64,000 bases of DNA from assembly GCA_946965045.2 (NCBI GenBank), contig OX337235.1:2666001-2730000 (forward strand), given 5' to 3'. Shown one piece after another: positions 61,108 to 64,000 of the stretch. A model generated the notes under the pieces. It was not told where the DNA came from. It was given only the letters and a program-made list of their open reading frames with translations, and ran no database searches. Source of the DNA: Epithemia pelagica (Eukaryota; Protista; Bacillariophyta). Within the stretch, counting starts at the first letter, position 1. The number at the start of each line of letters is the position of its first letter. The position numbers and the translations under genes are program-made.

Positions 61108-63447
61108 ATGGTTTCGTCGATTCAAGTAGAAGAATCCACTGGTCCCATTGCTACCAGCAGCAGTAGCGGAAGCAGTGAAGAGGATCCTTCTCAGCCGCAA
61201 CATACCACTCGTGCTTCCGCTCGACGCAACAACACTATTCGAGCTTCTGTGAGAAAGGGGAAAGGGAGGGGTTTTGTGAGACGCACCAAATCCGAAAATG
61301 TTCCTGTCGAGAATCAACGTGTAGAAGAAGAAGGGCCACCGCTCCATCCCGACAGCAAGAAACACAGCAACAAAGCACTGGGCTTGTTTCGATCGCAATC
61401 CTTTGGCCAAAAAGCACACTCCCGGGGTGGTCATGTGCATGATCCTAACAGCAGCAGCACGAGCAACGAAGAACAAGAGTCGCACAAACAACAGAGACGA
61501 AGACCTCCATTGGCATCTCGTCCACGTCGCATGGTTCGTCGATGGAGATCGGCCGAAGTTCCATTGCCACCGACAACCCGGTCACAATCCACGGGCCACC
61601 CGACCAATGAGGCTATGAGACAAACTCGAGTATTTACCGTTCGGTCATTGAAGCAAATGCCCAACACGAGTTTGGCCGCTAGCCATGCGACTCCTACTGC
61701 CGCGATGGAATCACCAAAGTCGTTTGTCAAGGATGACTTTGTGGATGAAGTGCAAGCCACTCAAGATGTCGAAGCTTTGCATTCTACGAGTTGTGCAACT
61801 GCTATTTTGCAACATTCGTATTTGGAATTGTGTGGTTCTCCAGAGAATGTAAGCAGCGACTGCGATTGTTTTCGTCATGAGAAATCCGGTCGAATAGCGA
61901 ACGATACCGGTACGGTAACGTCCTCCTCATCCCAAAGTCTCAGTATGAGCACAAAGTCCCTTCCGCAACCACAGCGACACCCACAACAACAATCACCACC
62001 ACACATATCCGACGATCCCACTGTACAGGAATCCATTGAATGCGTGTTTGCCTCTCAGTTGGGAGAGAATTTGGCGCTGATGTTGCAGCAAGATGATGAC
62101 GATGATGAAGAAAAGAAAGTTGATACGGACGACAAGTCCGGTCTGGTGGCTCCGTCGGTTCTGCAGCAATCCCTTTTGCGGAGTCGTTCCGAGCGTACAA
62201 TGGATGCTCAAGCCAGACATGGTAATCAACGGAGACGGAGCAAGAAACTGCAAGAAAGTCTGAAACTAGTCCACGTGAGCACCTTCGATCCCAACGAAAC
62301 GACCGACCATTCCACAACGACGGAGAGTGTCAAGGGGGAGCCCAATACGGAAGCACGAGTCTCTCACGCAACCCAATGTCCCTGCTGCCGGCAAAGCACG
62401 CCCATTGTAGATCCAAAGCGTTGGCCCCAAAGACCACTCTTGTTACGACCCACCCCCAGTGGAGGTACCGTGGTCAAGGGAATCCGTAAAGTTGGTTCAA
62501 CCGAGTACCTCTGGAAGGCTGGACGAGATACCAGACCTTCTGCTCTTACTTGGCCCACGTCATTGAAAAAAGAATGGGGACAGTCTACTACCGATACTGA
62601 AACCAATCCCATGGAGGTTATGTGTCCGAGGTGTATGATATTACCCATCAACAATGGGAATGAAGCCTCTGGGGAGTCCTTGGTGACAGATTTTGAGAGT
62701 GAACTCTTTGAAGGAACCCTACTTCTTCGAATGAGGGCTACCGAAGGTACGACACCTCAGCCATACAATGACAATATTGGATACTTTCATGGCATGAATC
62801 GACGGTATCAAGCAGTGATACACGGACGCTTCAAGAAGGCCATTCCGTTTACCCAATGCCTTACAGGCTTTGTTCTAGATCGACCATGTGGGAAACTCCC
62901 TCCCAAATGGATCTTAAAGGGAGGACTCAAAGTGCTAAGTTTCTTTGCTCCCCAGCTACAAGCCCGCTTTGATGGACCCCATCCCAGCAGTTTAACGCCA
63001 CTGGGAAGTACTCCGCAAGTGCTATCCCTGCATGATCACGAGAGACATAACATAGAGAAAATGCAACAAGAACCCACACAAGCAAAACACACGTTGCTCG
63101 GTGAAGCATCGGATTCCACGAGTACTCTTCAACGGGCCAGATATCGCAAAAAGCATTTCGATAAGTTGTTTACTCAGAAGAGCCCTTTTCCAGTTACAGA
63201 CCCCAACAAAGTGTACACATTTGAGTTTCTTCAGCATCTGTTCAATTTCAACGATTTCAGTATCGAGCTTGGATCAATGTTAGGTGCCATCAAACTCAAG
63301 GAAACTCTCGATGGACAACCACTCCAAATAATGGCAATGCTTGGTGAACAGAGAATATGGTCCTTTGATGTTTGGCACGAGGTTCTCATTGAAGAGTCCA
63401 GAAAACACGACAAAAACAACAAACATCCTCAGGCTGGCCAATGCTAG
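61108..63447 (+). CDS. DUF1769-family domain protein with a long disordered N-terminus
   Basis: DFESELFEGTLLLRMR...YFHGMNRRYQAVIHGRFK...DPNKVYTFEF pattern recalled as DUF1769. Confidence 0.7.
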   Translation: MVSSIQVEESTGPIATSSSSGSSEEDPSQPQHTTRASARRNNTIRASVRKGKGRGFVRRTKSENVPVENQRVEEEGPPLHPDSKKHSNKALGLFRSQSFGQKAHSRGGHVHDPNSSSTSNEEQESHKQQRRRPPLASRPRRMVRRWRSAEVPLPPTTRSQSTGHPTNEAMRQTRVFTVRSLKQMPNTSLAASHATPTAAMESPKSFVKDDFVDEVQATQDVEALHSTSCATAILQHSYLELCGSPENVSSDCDCFRHEKSGRIANDTGTVTSSSSQSLSMSTKSLPQPQRHPQQQSPPHISDDPTVQESIECVFASQLGENLALMLQQDDDDDEEKKVDTDDKSGLVAPSVLQQSLLRSRSERTMDAQARHGNQRRRSKKLQESLKLVHVSTFDPNETTDHSTTTESVKGEPNTEARVSHATQCPCCRQSTPIVDPKRWPQRPLLLRPTPSGGTVVKGIRKVGSTEYLWKAGRDTRPSALTWPTSLKKEWGQSTTDTETNPMEVMCPRCMILPINNGNEASGESLVTDFESELFEGTLLLRMRATEGTTPQPYNDNIGYFHGMNRRYQAVIHGRFKKAIPFTQCLTGFVLDRPCGKLPPKWILKGGLKVLSFFAPQLQARFDGPHPSSLTPLGSTPQVLSLHDHERHNIEKMQQEPTQAKHTLLGEASDSTSTLQRARYRKKHFDKLFTQKSPFPVTDPNKVYTFEFLQHLFNFNDFSIELGSMLGAIKLKETLDGQPLQIMAMLGEQRIWSFDVWHEVLIEESRKHDKNNKHPQAGQC

Positions 63448-63485
63448 CAAGTTTTAAAGTGTTGCCTACTTTGATCATTAATCAA

Positions 63486-64000
63486 TCAATTTTTGCGTCC
63501 TGGCCAGAACTTCTCCTTTAGACTTCGTAGATTTTGAACACGGGACTCAATGAAACTGTCATGCGACACCGAATCGCTTACTTTTGAGGACATTCCGTAA
63601 TCATCTTGAGGGACGTGATCATTTCCCGAGTACTGTTGTTGCTGGGTCCGATTGCGATGTTTTTGCCATGCCTTGATCACAAAGTTGAAAGTCTCACCAG
63701 AGGGGGGAGATCGAATTCGACCGACACGATGTTGTTCGCAGAAGTCACGAAGGTAGGCCTCTGCTTCTTCCGGTATGCCCTCTTGACTTAGCTTTTTAAT
63801 CACGTATCTGTAGGACAGGCCAGTGGGCCTGACAGCCTCTTGGTCTGTATTGGAAAAGTGATTACGCATCGCTTCGAAATAGTCTTTCATTTTCATCCCA
63901 GTACCATGTTGGGCGCATAAACTCATAACAAAATGATAGGAATTGCGATTTGGCGCTACATCAAGTCCTGTAGTGTGGAACAGATATGTCATTTCCCTCA
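63486..64000 (-). CDS. Pentatricopeptide-repeat protein, C-terminal part (continues beyond the window)
   Basis: PNRNSYHFVMSLCAQHG, PTGLSYRYVIKKLSQEG and PSGETFNFVIKAW are PPR-like repeats. Confidence 0.75.
   Translation of the reverse strand, partial: REMTYLFHTTGLDVAPNRNSYHFVMSLCAQHGTGMKMKDYFEAMRNHFSNTDQEAVRPTGLSYRYVIKKLSQEGIPEEAEAYLRDFCEQHRVGRIRSPPSGETFNFVIKAWQKHRNRTQQQQYSGNDHVPQDDYGMSSKVSDSVSHDSFIESRVQNLRSLKEKFWPGRKN

Overview
Eukaryotic nuclear DNA, most likely from a pennate diatom. This is inferred from short GT-AG introns, ASAFAP-type plastid presequences on petH and clpP, and a CoDi-like Copia element; the species cannot be determined here. Gene-dense housekeeping blocks at 0.3-8.5 kb and 37.5-64 kb include proteasome alpha7, PDCD4, LSm1, MFSD5, a GET2/CAML-like gene, FIG4, ClpP, FNR, GluRS, DNAJC11, HCCS, a PCS-like gene, DUF1769 and a PPR gene. 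They flank a nested transposon cluster with four components. (1) A 20.9 kb TA-flanked TIR element of IS630-Tc1-mariner type (8700-29568) carries cargo, including a SET-domain plus 2OG-Fe(II) dioxygenase fusion gene. (2) Its transposase is split by a Copia retrotransposon with non-canonical TA...TA LTR ends, a probable tRNA-Asn half-molecule PBS and an extra ORF before gag. (3) Inside the Copia sits a TTAA-flanked piggyBac with a convergent, spliced passenger gene resembling the P2X7 ballast domain; a diverged deletion derivative at 31.9-32.8 kb keeps the same two-gene layout. (4) A PIF/Harbinger MITE sits exactly on the LTR/host junction. Outside the TE cluster, a 65-aa spliced microprotein next to PDCD4 reproduces only the PDCD4 N-terminal basic motif. 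All assignments come from manual motif reading; no database search was run.
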